A DNA stretch of 49,938 bases from Oligoflexales bacterium (GCA_041736175.1 JBGSUI010000011.1:1-49938); one strand, 5' to 3'; numbered from the stretch's first letter, positions 31,011 to 40,201 are shown. Numbers and translations: made by a program. Notes: generated by a model from the sequence alone, not told the origin.

Positions 31011-31146
31011 CGTGGACTCGGGTGCCCATGTTGCGGCACACCATACATGACAGCTTCCCACTTGTACATAATTAAATTACAAATTCACTAATTTTAAATT
31101 ACAGGTGTCCTTGGTCGAAACCTTGACTAATGGGGAAATCAAAAAA

Positions 31147-32094
31147 ATGGATCAAAAGAAACGAGCAAAGTCAAAAGCAGGTCCCACGCGCGCCTTTAAG
31201 CCGCGATGGTCCGAACTGTATCATCGTTGTCGGGTCAAAGTAGCTGAGCGACACTTTGGCAACGATCAGGCAGTGGCCACTATCGCAGCTTTGTGTGCGT
31301 CTCATCAATTGCGGATGGAATTTTATGGGACGTCGGATGTGGTCGGGCCACGCTGCCTGATTGTTGGCAACTCAGGCTCAGGGAAAACCCAGCTTGCGGA
31401 GCTTGCCATAGCTTTATTGGGCAATATTCCGAAGGTATATATCAATGCCACTGTTCTTGCTCCCATAGGATATAAGGGGGTGGACCTTGCAGACTGTTTT
31501 CATTCCGTAAAAATTTCTGCAAAGGTTAATCGGGAAAATTCCATCCTTAACACCGCGATCACGATCGATGAGTTTGATAAGCTCATACTTAAGGGCAAGC
31601 AGGATGATTTTTATAGAAGCCTCGAATTATCGATGCTACCAATTTTGGGTGGCGAAAAGTTGTTATTGGACGATAGCGGCAAAGACGCAAAACCCAAGTA
31701 CCTTAATACGAGTTCAAGTTTGGTTTTTGCAATGGGGTTTTTTAACGGGATACCTCGTTCAGCTTTTAACAATCCCGATAAAGCTAGGAAGGCACTCGTA
31801 CAATTCGGATTTTCTCCCGAAATTGCTGGTCGATTTTCACACTTTGTGACGCTGGATGATATGTCGCCTCCAGAGATGCTTAAAAGGGTTAGGCTGGAGG
31901 TAGAAAACTTAAAGCCATTTTATGGTTTGACTGCTCATGACCCTAAACTTCCTGATTCGGTGCTGCAGGCAATTATAGCAAAGCATAAGGCAAGCGACTT
32001 TGGATTTCGCTCCATCCGGAGTGAAGTTCATCAACTGCTGTTTAAACAGGCGCATTTAGCAGCTTGCGATGGGATTGGTTTGCCAGGCGCTTAA
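31147..32094 (+). CDS. ClpX/HslU-like AAA+ ATPase
   Basis: GNSGSGKT, IGYKGVD, IDEFDKL, FGFSPEIAGRF and GFRSIR; no Zn-finger N-domain or IGF loop seen. Confidence 0.8.
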   Translation: MDQKKRAKSKAGPTRAFKPRWSELYHRCRVKVAERHFGNDQAVATIAALCASHQLRMEFYGTSDVVGPRCLIVGNSGSGKTQLAELAIALLGNIPKVYINATVLAPIGYKGVDLADCFHSVKISAKVNRENSILNTAITIDEFDKLILKGKQDDFYRSLELSMLPILGGEKLLLDDSGKDAKPKYLNTSSSLVFAMGFFNGIPRSAFNNPDKARKALVQFGFSPEIAGRFSHFVTLDDMSPPEMLKRVRLEVENLKPFYGLTAHDPKLPDSVLQAIIAKHKASDFGFRSIRSEVHQLLFKQAHLAACDGIGLPGA

Positions 32095-32329
32095 CTGGAG
32101 GTTTGCGCTTAGCTGAATATGAGTCCGCTATCCATCGCTCATTGTTCGAAGACTTATTACGATTTAATCGCAACCATGCACCACTTGCAAAATCAACGAA
32201 AAATATCCTTCAAAATGCATCGATTGGGGACTATGACGTATTTACGTCAATTTTCTTAACAACGAAAATTTCTAATTTATAGTTTAATTTTCCCGAAGAT
32301 CCCAATGTCTACTCGTGAAAGGAGTATAA

Positions 32330-32677
32330 ATGCCGCGAAAAAAGAAAACTGATCGATCAACTTTCTCAAAAATATTAGAACAGCTTCTCGAGGAAAAAAA
32401 ACTTTCGCTTTCGACTGTAAGCAGTAAAACAGGTGTGCCTCGTACCACGCTTCAATACTGGGTTACTGGTAATAATCCCGAGGACTATGCTGCTGTGAAA
32501 AGGCTTGCGGAGTATTTAAATGTCTCCCTTAGCTTTCTTCTTACTGGAGTCGAAGAAAAAGCTAAATCTTCTCCATCAACGCTGGCTGAGATGTTTGAGC
32601 ACGGATCAACATTTGATGGAGTCGTTCAAATCAAGCTTACACACCTGGTACCTAGGGATGCAAAAAAAGATAGTTAA
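32330..32677 (+). CDS. XRE-family transcriptional regulator
   Basis: LSLSTVSSKTGVPRTTLQYW..GNNP...LAEYLNVSLSFLLTG; AAGGAG RBS. Confidence 0.88.
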   Translation: MPRKKKTDRSTFSKILEQLLEEKKLSLSTVSSKTGVPRTTLQYWVTGNNPEDYAAVKRLAEYLNVSLSFLLTGVEEKAKSSPSTLAEMFEHGSTFDGVVQIKLTHLVPRDAKKDS

Positions 32678-32688
32678 AGGAGACCGCC

Positions 32689-33654
32689 ATGCATTTATCC
32701 ATCGGAGCGAAGAATTTTTTGCACCAAATTGCACTGGTAACGGTGGTGGGCTTACCTTTAAGTGGTTGCGTGACGATGAGCAGCGTTACAAATCAACGGG
32801 AGAATTTAGTGACCCTCAAATCAAAGTGGATTGACGGTTGTCTTGGCCAAGCGAAACAGGTCACGCTAAAGTATGGGGTGTTAAAAAAAGTTGATGGTGC
32901 CGCTAAGATGGACGCCGATAGCATAAAAAATAGCAGAAAAGAGGACGTTCTCAAAAAAATTTATTCATATGCCAATAACCTAGAGAACAGGGGAAACAAG
33001 GCTCTCGCAAGCCTTGATGATCATAATTGCAAGCCAAATGTCCTATGGTATTCATTCAATTACCCCGATTGCATGCAACAAGCCGAAAGTCGAATTAAAA
33101 AACTAGTTGAATCTGGCTGCTATCTTGAAGAATTTGTGGCAGAAGTCAAAGAATATAAGCGACAGATGGATCGGGATTTGGAGTCAGCTAAAGAAAAGGA
33201 GCTCGATGCAAAGAGGCGTCTTGATCATCATGTAGCGTTTATAGCTGAACTTGAAAAATCCCAGGCGACACATGTTTTGCTGGGTTTACATAGTGGTCAA
33301 GATGGCAAAACTTGTGACGAACAGATCGATGGAAGCTTTATTTGTGAAAGCGGAGCCGTATGCGATAAAGCTGGGTATATAAAATCAATCAGAGATGAAT
33401 TTAGTGGAAAAAAACCTGCTCGTTTTGATTCGTATTGCGACAGTGATAGTGCCAGCAGTCGAAATTTCTTTTTAGTTGCCAAAGAGAAAATCAAGTTTAC
33501 AAGATATCAGTTTTACGGTCACATTGTGATTCCTGTAGTAAGGGGACGAAATACTGTTATGACCAATGGGTTTGGGGCAAGATTCCCTGCGGCAAGTTGG
33601 CTGCAAGTGTCTCCCCAATTCGACCCAACCAACAATAAATCTCTAGCCCATTAA
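32689..33654 (+). CDS. Hypothetical Cys-rich lipoprotein
   Basis: AAAGGAG RBS, LSGC lipobox. Confidence 0.65.
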   Translation: MHLSIGAKNFLHQIALVTVVGLPLSGCVTMSSVTNQRENLVTLKSKWIDGCLGQAKQVTLKYGVLKKVDGAAKMDADSIKNSRKEDVLKKIYSYANNLENRGNKALASLDDHNCKPNVLWYSFNYPDCMQQAESRIKKLVESGCYLEEFVAEVKEYKRQMDRDLESAKEKELDAKRRLDHHVAFIAELEKSQATHVLLGLHSGQDGKTCDEQIDGSFICESGAVCDKAGYIKSIRDEFSGKKPARFDSYCDSDSASSRNFFLVAKEKIKFTRYQFYGHIVIPVVRGRNTVMTNGFGARFPAASWLQVSPQFDPTNNKSLAH

Positions 33655-33676
33655 AAAAAAGTAGGTGACTATTTCC

Positions 33677-34273
33677 ATGACAAAATTAATTTTAATTAGT
33701 ATCTCAATATCTCTATGGGCGTTTGCATGCACATTTGCAGAGCAACCCGACTACCGTGCCTCCGAGGTGATTGAAACCATGGGAGATACCGATAAACCAG
33801 AATGGGCATTTAGCGGCGCAACTATGGCAGTGGACGATGGAGATGTTATTTTTATCAGTGATCTAACCATGGGAGCTAACGCACGACCAGAAGCCTGTTT
33901 TAAAGCTTCAGAGCTGCAAGGTAAGTCACAAATGATTGGTTATATCAAATCGAAAATCACATCATCTGCTCAGCTTAATGAGACCAATGCGGAATCTAAC
34001 CCAGGATTTGAGTCATTGACGGCAGTGCTATCTCAAGGGAGCCTCTCAGGGGTAAAGACGAAGGATAGATTTTGGGAGAAGCGGGTTGAAAGCAGTGAGA
34101 CTGGCGAGAGACTTCTCAAAATTCACTGTACCGTGAAACTGGGTATAGCTAAAGGAGAGCTGGCCAGGCAATTACGAGAAGCATCTATGACTGCGTCAGG
34201 TGGCAACGCTGATATCAGGGCCAAATTGCTCAAGGCTCAAGAAATTTTTATAGAGAATATTGACAAGGATTGA
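33677..34273 (+). CDS. LPP20-like lipoprotein
   Basis: FAC lipobox, DKPEWA, LSGVKTKDRFWEK. Confidence 0.6.
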   Translation: MTKLILISISISLWAFACTFAEQPDYRASEVIETMGDTDKPEWAFSGATMAVDDGDVIFISDLTMGANARPEACFKASELQGKSQMIGYIKSKITSSAQLNETNAESNPGFESLTAVLSQGSLSGVKTKDRFWEKRVESSETGERLLKIHCTVKLGIAKGELARQLREASMTASGGNADIRAKLLKAQEIFIENIDKD

Positions 34274-34288
34274 ACAGGACCTAAACAT

Positions 34289-35206
34289 TTGAAAGTTCAA
34301 TTAATGCAGCATTATATGATAAAAATTATAATATTGACTTGTTTTTATCTGCAGTGCTTTACGTTTCTGCTTAGAGCAGAGTCAAATGCCTCCTCCGAAA
34401 ACCTTTCGGATTCTGCTAAAGCAGCAGGCGAACAATTAGCGCATAAAATTGTGCCAAAATTAAAACGTGAGGGAGTCAGTGTTATATTCCTTAATATCGG
34501 AGACTGTTTTTTTGAGGTGTCTTGGTGCTCAACTTTTTCAGGGGAGATAGAGCGTCAAATGATTGCCAAGGGGCTTCGTTACCTGCCAGAGGACCAGCGA
34601 ACGGTTATACGGGACAAGATTGCAGGAGAGCAGGTCTATCAAAATGCCAGTGGGCAAGTTGATGTGAATAAGATCGTTCAACTCGGTCAGCAAAGGGCTG
34701 TGCAAGCATTTGTGAGCATAGGCATTAAGGGAGATCTAAATTCGGAAATAAGACTTACCGGGAGCTCAATCAATATAAAAGAGGGGCTCGTCACAATTAA
34801 TGAAGGCGTAACAGTTAAAGTAGCAAAAGAGACAACTTCAAGACGGACCCTTGGGACATGGGCCAATGCCTTTTTGCTCGTTGGCAGCGGTACGGTTGTT
34901 GCTAGTTATGGTTATTTTAAAAGCAATTCTGAAAAGCAATCCGCGAACGAATATTATTCCAAATACAACGACTCGAAAACTGCAGAGGAAGCCAAACAAA
35001 ACAAAGTGGCTACAAAAAAGCACGACGATACCAGTTCAACTTACCAAGCTGTAGCTTGCCTTGGTTTGTTTGCCACGGCCTATGGTGTCCATTATTTTGC
35101 TACTAACAAAGAATTTGACACGACCTATCATTACAACATCTCGTTCGCACCAGCAAAAGATGGCAAAATTTTTGCAACAACCTTTGGGTGGAACCTAAAT
35201 TTATGA
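34289..35206 (+). CDS. Exported protein with CsgG/FlgO-like N-domain and C-terminal hydrophobic helices
   Basis: Signal peptide; EQVYQNASGQVD..KIVQLGQ pattern; two hydrophobic segments. Confidence 0.5.
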   Translation: MKVQLMQHYMIKIIILTCFYLQCFTFLLRAESNASSENLSDSAKAAGEQLAHKIVPKLKREGVSVIFLNIGDCFFEVSWCSTFSGEIERQMIAKGLRYLPEDQRTVIRDKIAGEQVYQNASGQVDVNKIVQLGQQRAVQAFVSIGIKGDLNSEIRLTGSSINIKEGLVTINEGVTVKVAKETTSRRTLGTWANAFLLVGSGTVVASYGYFKSNSEKQSANEYYSKYNDSKTAEEAKQNKVATKKHDDTSSTYQAVACLGLFATAYGVHYFATNKEFDTTYHYNISFAPAKDGKIFATTFGWNLNL

Positions 35207-36105
35207 CGGGAATTAAAGCGATATTGCTGATATTGTGCACCATCCCTATTTTAGGCGTCGGTGGCTGCGGAAAAGCGAGAGATTTTAATAACCCAGTCGA
35301 TGCGGACAACATAAAGTCGGCGTCAACTGATACAAAATCTGGAGTCTCACCAGGCAATACAACAGAGTCTACTAGCGGTACACCTGTCAGTGGAGCTTCG
35401 TCAAAGGCTCTTCAGATTTCGAATTACCTGGAAATGATCGGGATAACAGATTTGTACAGCGTGTCCCATGTAGGTACAGGCATAGTGTTTACCGGCAGAG
35501 ATTCATCGACTGGAGTATATGGTGCATTAATCAATGGGAGCGAAGTTAAGTCCAAGTATTTTGCCTTGATGAGCAGCGGATCTGTTGCTTTAAGTAATCA
35601 AACAAATTATGTCATACCTAGCGGACTTGGCAAGGATGATCCGCTGTATCTCTTTGACCCGTTCAATCTCACTCTCTTTACAGTGGATTTATCCACACTT
35701 AGTGTTACTTCAAAAATTAATATAGGTAGTCCAGCGATTGGAGGGAAGTTTATATTTAAGCGGGCGGGACGTTGGGCAATTGCACCACCTGATACAAGGA
35801 CTATTTACACTTTTGGATTGATTGATGGCGCCCTGATTGAAAAGACTTCAACCATAAACAGTAGGGGTGAATCTTTCCAATTTGGCAGTCATGTCTATTA
35901 TGACGGCACCACCTACTTTGACGATAACTCTTCATATGTCACGATTTACGACGAAAAATTGACGCAAAACTACAAACTTGCAACGACTGGCTTCAAGTAC
36001 CGCGAAAAATTTTTTTTAGTCTCGGACGGTGCCGGTACGCTGTGGGGTTTTGGTTGCGCAGCCAGCAAATGTTATAAGGCCGATGTTCAAATTGTGGGAC
36101 AGTAA
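35203..36105 (+). CDS. Beta-rich lipoprotein with Ser/Thr linker
   Basis: VGGC lipobox, NNPVD, ATGA overlap with the previous gene. Confidence 0.6.
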   Translation: MTGIKAILLILCTIPILGVGGCGKARDFNNPVDADNIKSASTDTKSGVSPGNTTESTSGTPVSGASSKALQISNYLEMIGITDLYSVSHVGTGIVFTGRDSSTGVYGALINGSEVKSKYFALMSSGSVALSNQTNYVIPSGLGKDDPLYLFDPFNLTLFTVDLSTLSVTSKINIGSPAIGGKFIFKRAGRWAIAPPDTRTIYTFGLIDGALIEKTSTINSRGESFQFGSHVYYDGTTYFDDNSSYVTIYDEKLTQNYKLATTGFKYREKFFLVSDGAGTLWGFGCAASKCYKADVQIVGQ

Positions 36106-36112
36106 CTTGAAT

Positions 36113-37030
36113 ATGATTACTTTATTGGCAATTTTTGCATCCTTGGCTTTTGGACAGGAAAAATGTTCTGAAAAGTCAGGCAAAAATTATCCTGAATTTG
36201 TCTCTGGAATTGGGACTGGCGCAACTTATGACGAGGCAAAACAATCTGCCACGACAGATATGCTTGGATACTTCAGTACTAAAATTGAAGGTGGAGCAAC
36301 CTTTGAGACATCTGACCATAGCGACGACAGAGGCTTATCTCACCAAAACTTCCTTAACAGCCGCACCACATCTTCCGTCTCCGGTATAGCTAAAGGAGTT
36401 GAGGTGCTAGAAACCTGTCGCAATGAATCGGGAGTTACAACGGTCGTCGGGGTCCGAAAAAAGATGGTTAAAGATTTGCTCATCAAAGATGCCACCGAGC
36501 GCTCTGCAGCATTAAATGAGCTGTTCAAAAAGGTTGCATCGGCAAATTCAAAGTCGGGTGCTGATAGGTCCTTCTTGGCACCAACCAAAGGCCAGCTAGA
36601 CACCCTCATCGCACAAGAGTCCAAAGCCATGGAAACCTGGCTACTGCTTGGACTGCAAACAACACATTTTCCCTCCCTATCAAAAAAAGTTATTGAGGAT
36701 ATTCGGACCTATGTCCGAAACCATCACGTCTCTTACCGCCTGTTAACAACTGGGATGGTGGCAGCAAAAAGCTTATCCAAACTAAAGCATCTATTGTTGC
36801 AAAGTGGCTTTGAGATTTCCGATGGCAAGGATGCTATCCCAATGACATGGATGTGTGACCTGTTGACCTACAACACGGTCGGCACTGCCACCCGGTTTAA
36901 AGTAAGCTGTCGCATTATGGGTGATGAAACCATATTAGATCCAATCGACATTGAAGGTATCGCGACATCAGGTCAGCTGGAAGATACAGCACTCCGGCTC
37001 GTTTTGGCGAGGCTGGATCGAAGGCCATGA
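36113..37030 (+). CDS. LPP20-like exported protein
   Basis: Signal peptide; FVSGIGTG...EAKQSA..DM...FSTKI pattern. Confidence 0.6.
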   Translation: MITLLAIFASLAFGQEKCSEKSGKNYPEFVSGIGTGATYDEAKQSATTDMLGYFSTKIEGGATFETSDHSDDRGLSHQNFLNSRTTSSVSGIAKGVEVLETCRNESGVTTVVGVRKKMVKDLLIKDATERSAALNELFKKVASANSKSGADRSFLAPTKGQLDTLIAQESKAMETWLLLGLQTTHFPSLSKKVIEDIRTYVRNHHVSYRLLTTGMVAAKSLSKLKHLLLQSGFEISDGKDAIPMTWMCDLLTYNTVGTATRFKVSCRIMGDETILDPIDIEGIATSGQLEDTALRLVLARLDRRP

Positions 37031-37063
37031 ACTAAAAATCCAATGGCCTTCAGAAGTACCGAG

Positions 37064-37456
37064 TTATGGAGTGGGTTTGTTCATCTTGAGAAGCATTTGA
37101 ATCATTGATTCCCTTTCACTGGGAGTAAGCTTCTTTAGACCCTGGATGGTTTCACTGGCTTTATCCAGCTCTGCATCTGTCACCAATGCGGAAAGACCGA
37201 TTGCACCGAGTCCAAGAATTCCGGCAACCGGGAAAAGAACCGGAGCCGCAAAGAATCCGATCCCGGCGCCAGCGGCGCCCGCTCCAGCCAGCTCCAACAG
37301 CTTCGAGTGATATTTCGAACGTACCGGCTTTTCAGCTGCTTGCTCCCATTTTTCGATGGTGACCGGCGATACCCCTAAAATGGCGGCGAGTTCGTGCCTT
37401 GAGAGTTTATGGGCCTTACGAAGGTTACGAATCTCATGACCACTAAAATGAGCCAC
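37064..37456 (-). CDS. XRE HTH protein with Gly/Ala-rich hydrophobic segment
   Basis: GGAGG-5nt-GTG start at 37456; IRNLRKAHKLSRHELAAILGVSPVTIEKWEQ followed by AGAGAAGAGIGFFAAPVLFPVAGILGLGAIGL. Confidence 0.8.
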   Translation of the reverse strand: MAHFSGHEIRNLRKAHKLSRHELAAILGVSPVTIEKWEQAAEKPVRSKYHSKLLELAGAGAAGAGIGFFAAPVLFPVAGILGLGAIGLSALVTDAELDKASETIQGLKKLTPSERESMIQMLLKMNKPTP

Positions 37457-37470
37457 AGCGACCTCCAGTA

Positions 37471-37722
37471 TCAGTCGACAATCTTGGTTGTAACGTATTT
37501 GGCTGCTTGATACGCACCGAAACCAATGAACCCCACTGTGCCAATTCCTAGCAACATGCTTCCAGCTCCCAGGACAGCTAAGCCTGAAGTAATGCCCGCT
37601 GCTGAAAGGCCTGGTACACCACAAGCAGCTACTGCCCCTATCCCTGATCCTGCTGCAGCAGCTCCGCCTGCAATATGTTTTGCTGCTTCTTTTCCGTAAC
37701 CAAGAACGTCATCAAAAGTCAT
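37471..37722 (-). CDS. Small glycine-zipper membrane peptide
   Basis: 83 aa, GLSAAGITSGLAVLGAGSMLLGIG. Confidence 0.7.
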   Translation of the reverse strand: MTFDDVLGYGKEAAKHIAGGAAAAGSGIGAVAACGVPGLSAAGITSGLAVLGAGSMLLGIGTVGFIGFGAYQAAKYVTTKIVD

Positions 37723-37966
37723 CTACCCTGCCCTCGCTAGTGCGTTGTTCAAAAGAGGAAGCGGATCTACCAAAGTTTATGGGAATGAGTCAAATAAAAA
37801 AATACTAGATTTACTAGTAATTCTATTTTTGCTGAAAATCGTCAGGAATTTCCGGAAGTCTTAGTCCATACCTACTGCCATCTGCCTCTCACTGAGGCGG
37901 AATGGGGCCTTAGTGGCTTCTGCGCCGATGGGGCATGGACAGCCTTATATCTGACCGAAGCGTCTG

Positions 37967-38497
37967 TTAGGCACTTCGAAGGTGAGGAGCCATAGGTTTA
38001 GGGGCTTCTTGCTCCGAATTGGCATTTAGTTCTTCAAGCTTTAAAATGCCGTTGAGTTGTCCCTCAATCGACAGGACTCCGGAGACGCCAAGTGCTAGCT
38101 GGGTCAATTGTACCGCCGAATAACGTCGTGCGCTGCTAGGGATGGATCCCTGAAGGACGGCCAGGTGCTCGGCAGCTGCCAGGTTAAATATCTCAAGCAT
38201 TTTCTGCCCAACGGTGACCTTGTGCTTTAGGCCGTTCGCAAGCCACTCTGTAGAAGCAGCTTTTCTTTGCTCGTCCCAGATGCGTTGCCGCCGAATCACC
38301 CATGACTCTTCGCGGCTCCATCGGTCTAGGGTTGAGCGGTGGACGCCAACCAGTGGGGCAATTTTCCTAAGGGACTTGCCACTAAGGTACAGGTTGAAGG
38401 ATTTTTCGCGTAGAAAGGACTTCAAGGGATACCTCCTTTGGGGTGTGATTTTTAGGTGCGAAATTTTTAAGGGGTTGGTTTGCACCTGATTTTGCAT
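37967..38497 (-). CDS. HTH protein resembling phage small-terminase HTH domains
   Basis: FNLYLSGKSLRKIAPLVGVHRSTLDRWSREESW. Confidence 0.55.
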   Translation of the reverse strand: MQNQVQTNPLKISHLKITPQRRYPLKSFLREKSFNLYLSGKSLRKIAPLVGVHRSTLDRWSREESWVIRRQRIWDEQRKAASTEWLANGLKHKVTVGQKMLEIFNLAAAEHLAVLQGSIPSSARRYSAVQLTQLALGVSGVLSIEGQLNGILKLEELNANSEQEAPKPMAPHLRSA

Positions 38498-38700
38498 CAG
38501 TTAATCTTATGCTAACAATGCGAGCCCTACCAAAGACGTCAATGAGGACTCGTTTCAGTTCGCAGAAATCGGCAAAAGCTTTGAGCTGGCACGGGTATGG
38601 GCATAGCAGGGCGACTGCGGGTGCTGGAAATTCAAGACATAAGTAGAGTCAACGACAGCATATAAAATATTCAATAATTACTTGATGTTAAAGGCTTACA

Positions 38701-38777
38701 GCTCGAATTCGGGACGCCTCGGCTCGAAAATGGGACCTCCGCACTAGGTTTTTGAGTGCAAGTATCAAAATGATACT
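38701..38777. promoter_or_regulatory. Candidate enhancer (UAS) sites for a sigma54 activator
   Basis: GCTCGAA-N3-GGGAC twice, 21 bp apart (38701, 38722); perfect palindrome AGTATCA-AAA-TGATACT (38761-38777). Confidence 0.5.
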
Positions 38778-38909
38778 GAATTTAAGGACAATCTCGATTA
38801 ATGCTGCCCTATGATTCCAAATCATTTGAAGTTGTAACCCAACAATAAAATTATAAATTTTAAAAATATGTAGAGAAGATCGATTAAATCAGGATGTTTC
38901 GATAGTCCT

Positions 38910-38926
38910 GGGTACAGGATTTGCAT
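38910..38926 (+). promoter_or_regulatory. Candidate sigma54 -24/-12 promoter
   Basis: GGGTACAGGATTTGCAT = GG-N10-GC with TTGCA; two deviations from TGGCAC-N5-TTGCA. Confidence 0.55.
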
Positions 38927-39046
38927 GGGTAGATCCCGTGGCGCCAGAATGGGGCCTAGAGAGAACCATGGTTAAGAAGGTTGACCGAAATTGGCTGATA
39001 GAATTTCTATTTTCCAATTTAACATTTTAATAATAAGTGTTTTTCA

Positions 39047-39074
39047 TTGACATTGTATAAATTTAGGATATCTT
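39047..39074 (+). promoter_or_regulatory. Candidate sigma70 promoter
   Basis: TTGACA-N16-TATCTT with AT-rich upstream tract, about 60 bp before the rSAM start. Confidence 0.55.
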
Positions 39075-39136
39075 TCTTTACCAATTAGGTGTGCTTTTAA
39101 TTAAAACTCATGCAGGTCATTACAAGAGGGTCGTAG

Positions 39137-40201
39137 GTGGTTTTACAGAGCGTGAAAAATAAGGTCTTTGACGCAATCCAAGGATACATTCGTTCGCAAT
39201 CTGACCTAGCGATCCAATTCGACATCACGAATGCCTGCAACCTCCGATGTAGCCACTGTTATCACCCCCACCATGATAATTCCGGAGCACTGGACCTCAA
39301 CGGATGGCTAAATGTCATAGGTCAGTACGAGGCATTACTAAACAAGCTTAGACTGAAACCAAAAATAATCTTATGTGGTGGGGAGCCACTTTTTAGCCCA
39401 CTGTTACGACCCATGATTGAGGCCGTCGACTCAAAGTTTCCCGGTGTATCTATTTCAATATTAAGCAATGGAACTCTCGTAAAATCCGCAACCGCCAAAT
39501 ATCTTAGCCAATTCAATACGAACGTCCAGGTGTCCCTTGATGGTCCTGATGCCGATAGTCACGACAAAATACGGGGTTCCGGTTCTTTTCAAAGGGCTAT
39601 CCGAGGGATCAGGGAACTAAAATCTGCTGGTATAGACGTTTATTCCCTAGCTGTGCTTTCCTTTAATGTCCTTCCGTTCATAGCCGATTTTTTCGCGATG
39701 GCAAAAACCGAAGGACTATCGTCGATGAACTTCACTAGGTTTATCCCCCAAGGTAATGGAGCCAGGCTTGCAAGTATTGGCGACGACCGTATGTTGACAC
39801 CTTGGGAGCTTAAAGCCGCATTTGAGACCATTTTAAGTCATTCAATTTCCACAGGCGTAAGCACAAGTACCTCAAGCCCGTTGTTTCACTTGATTGAGGG
39901 TGCTAAAGGTGGTCACGGTAAATTTGGCTTCCAAGGGCTGGTCGTAGATTACAAAGGACGTCTCAAAGTTTCTAGCCGAGCGGACTTTGTTTTGGGGGAT
40001 ATCCTTACCGAGGGACTCGAAGCCCTGTTTTTAAAACATCCAGTTATGCAGGATTTAAGAAGTGGCTCAATTGATACATGTGGAAGTTGCGTTCATTATA
40101 GCCGCTGCGGTGGTGATCGTAACGTAGCTTACGCGACGAGTGGCAGCTTTTTAGGTCCAGATCCCCAGTGTTGGTACGTTTATGGTGATGCATCTCGATA
40201 G
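39137..40201 (+). CDS. Radical SAM/SPASM-domain enzyme (candidate peptide maturase)
   Basis: CNLRCSHC, GGEP, SNG, VSLDG; C-terminal CGSC-x5-CGGD-x17-C. Confidence 0.92.
   Translation: MVLQSVKNKVFDAIQGYIRSQSDLAIQFDITNACNLRCSHCYHPHHDNSGALDLNGWLNVIGQYEALLNKLRLKPKIILCGGEPLFSPLLRPMIEAVDSKFPGVSISILSNGTLVKSATAKYLSQFNTNVQVSLDGPDADSHDKIRGSGSFQRAIRGIRELKSAGIDVYSLAVLSFNVLPFIADFFAMAKTEGLSSMNFTRFIPQGNGARLASIGDDRMLTPWELKAAFETILSHSISTGVSTSTSSPLFHLIEGAKGGHGKFGFQGLVVDYKGRLKVSSRADFVLGDILTEGLEALFLKHPVMQDLRSGSIDTCGSCVHYSRCGGDRNVAYATSGSFLGPDPQCWYVYGDASR

Noticed and set aside
38587..38603. TGGCACG as a sigma54 promoter
   Set aside because: Spacing is GG-N11-GC and there is no TTGC; the 38910 site fits better.
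39137..40201. rSAM as a PqqE/NirJ/Ahb cofactor enzyme
   Set aside because: No pqq, nir or heme-pathway neighbours, and the AuxI cysteines are missing; not fully excluded without phylogeny.
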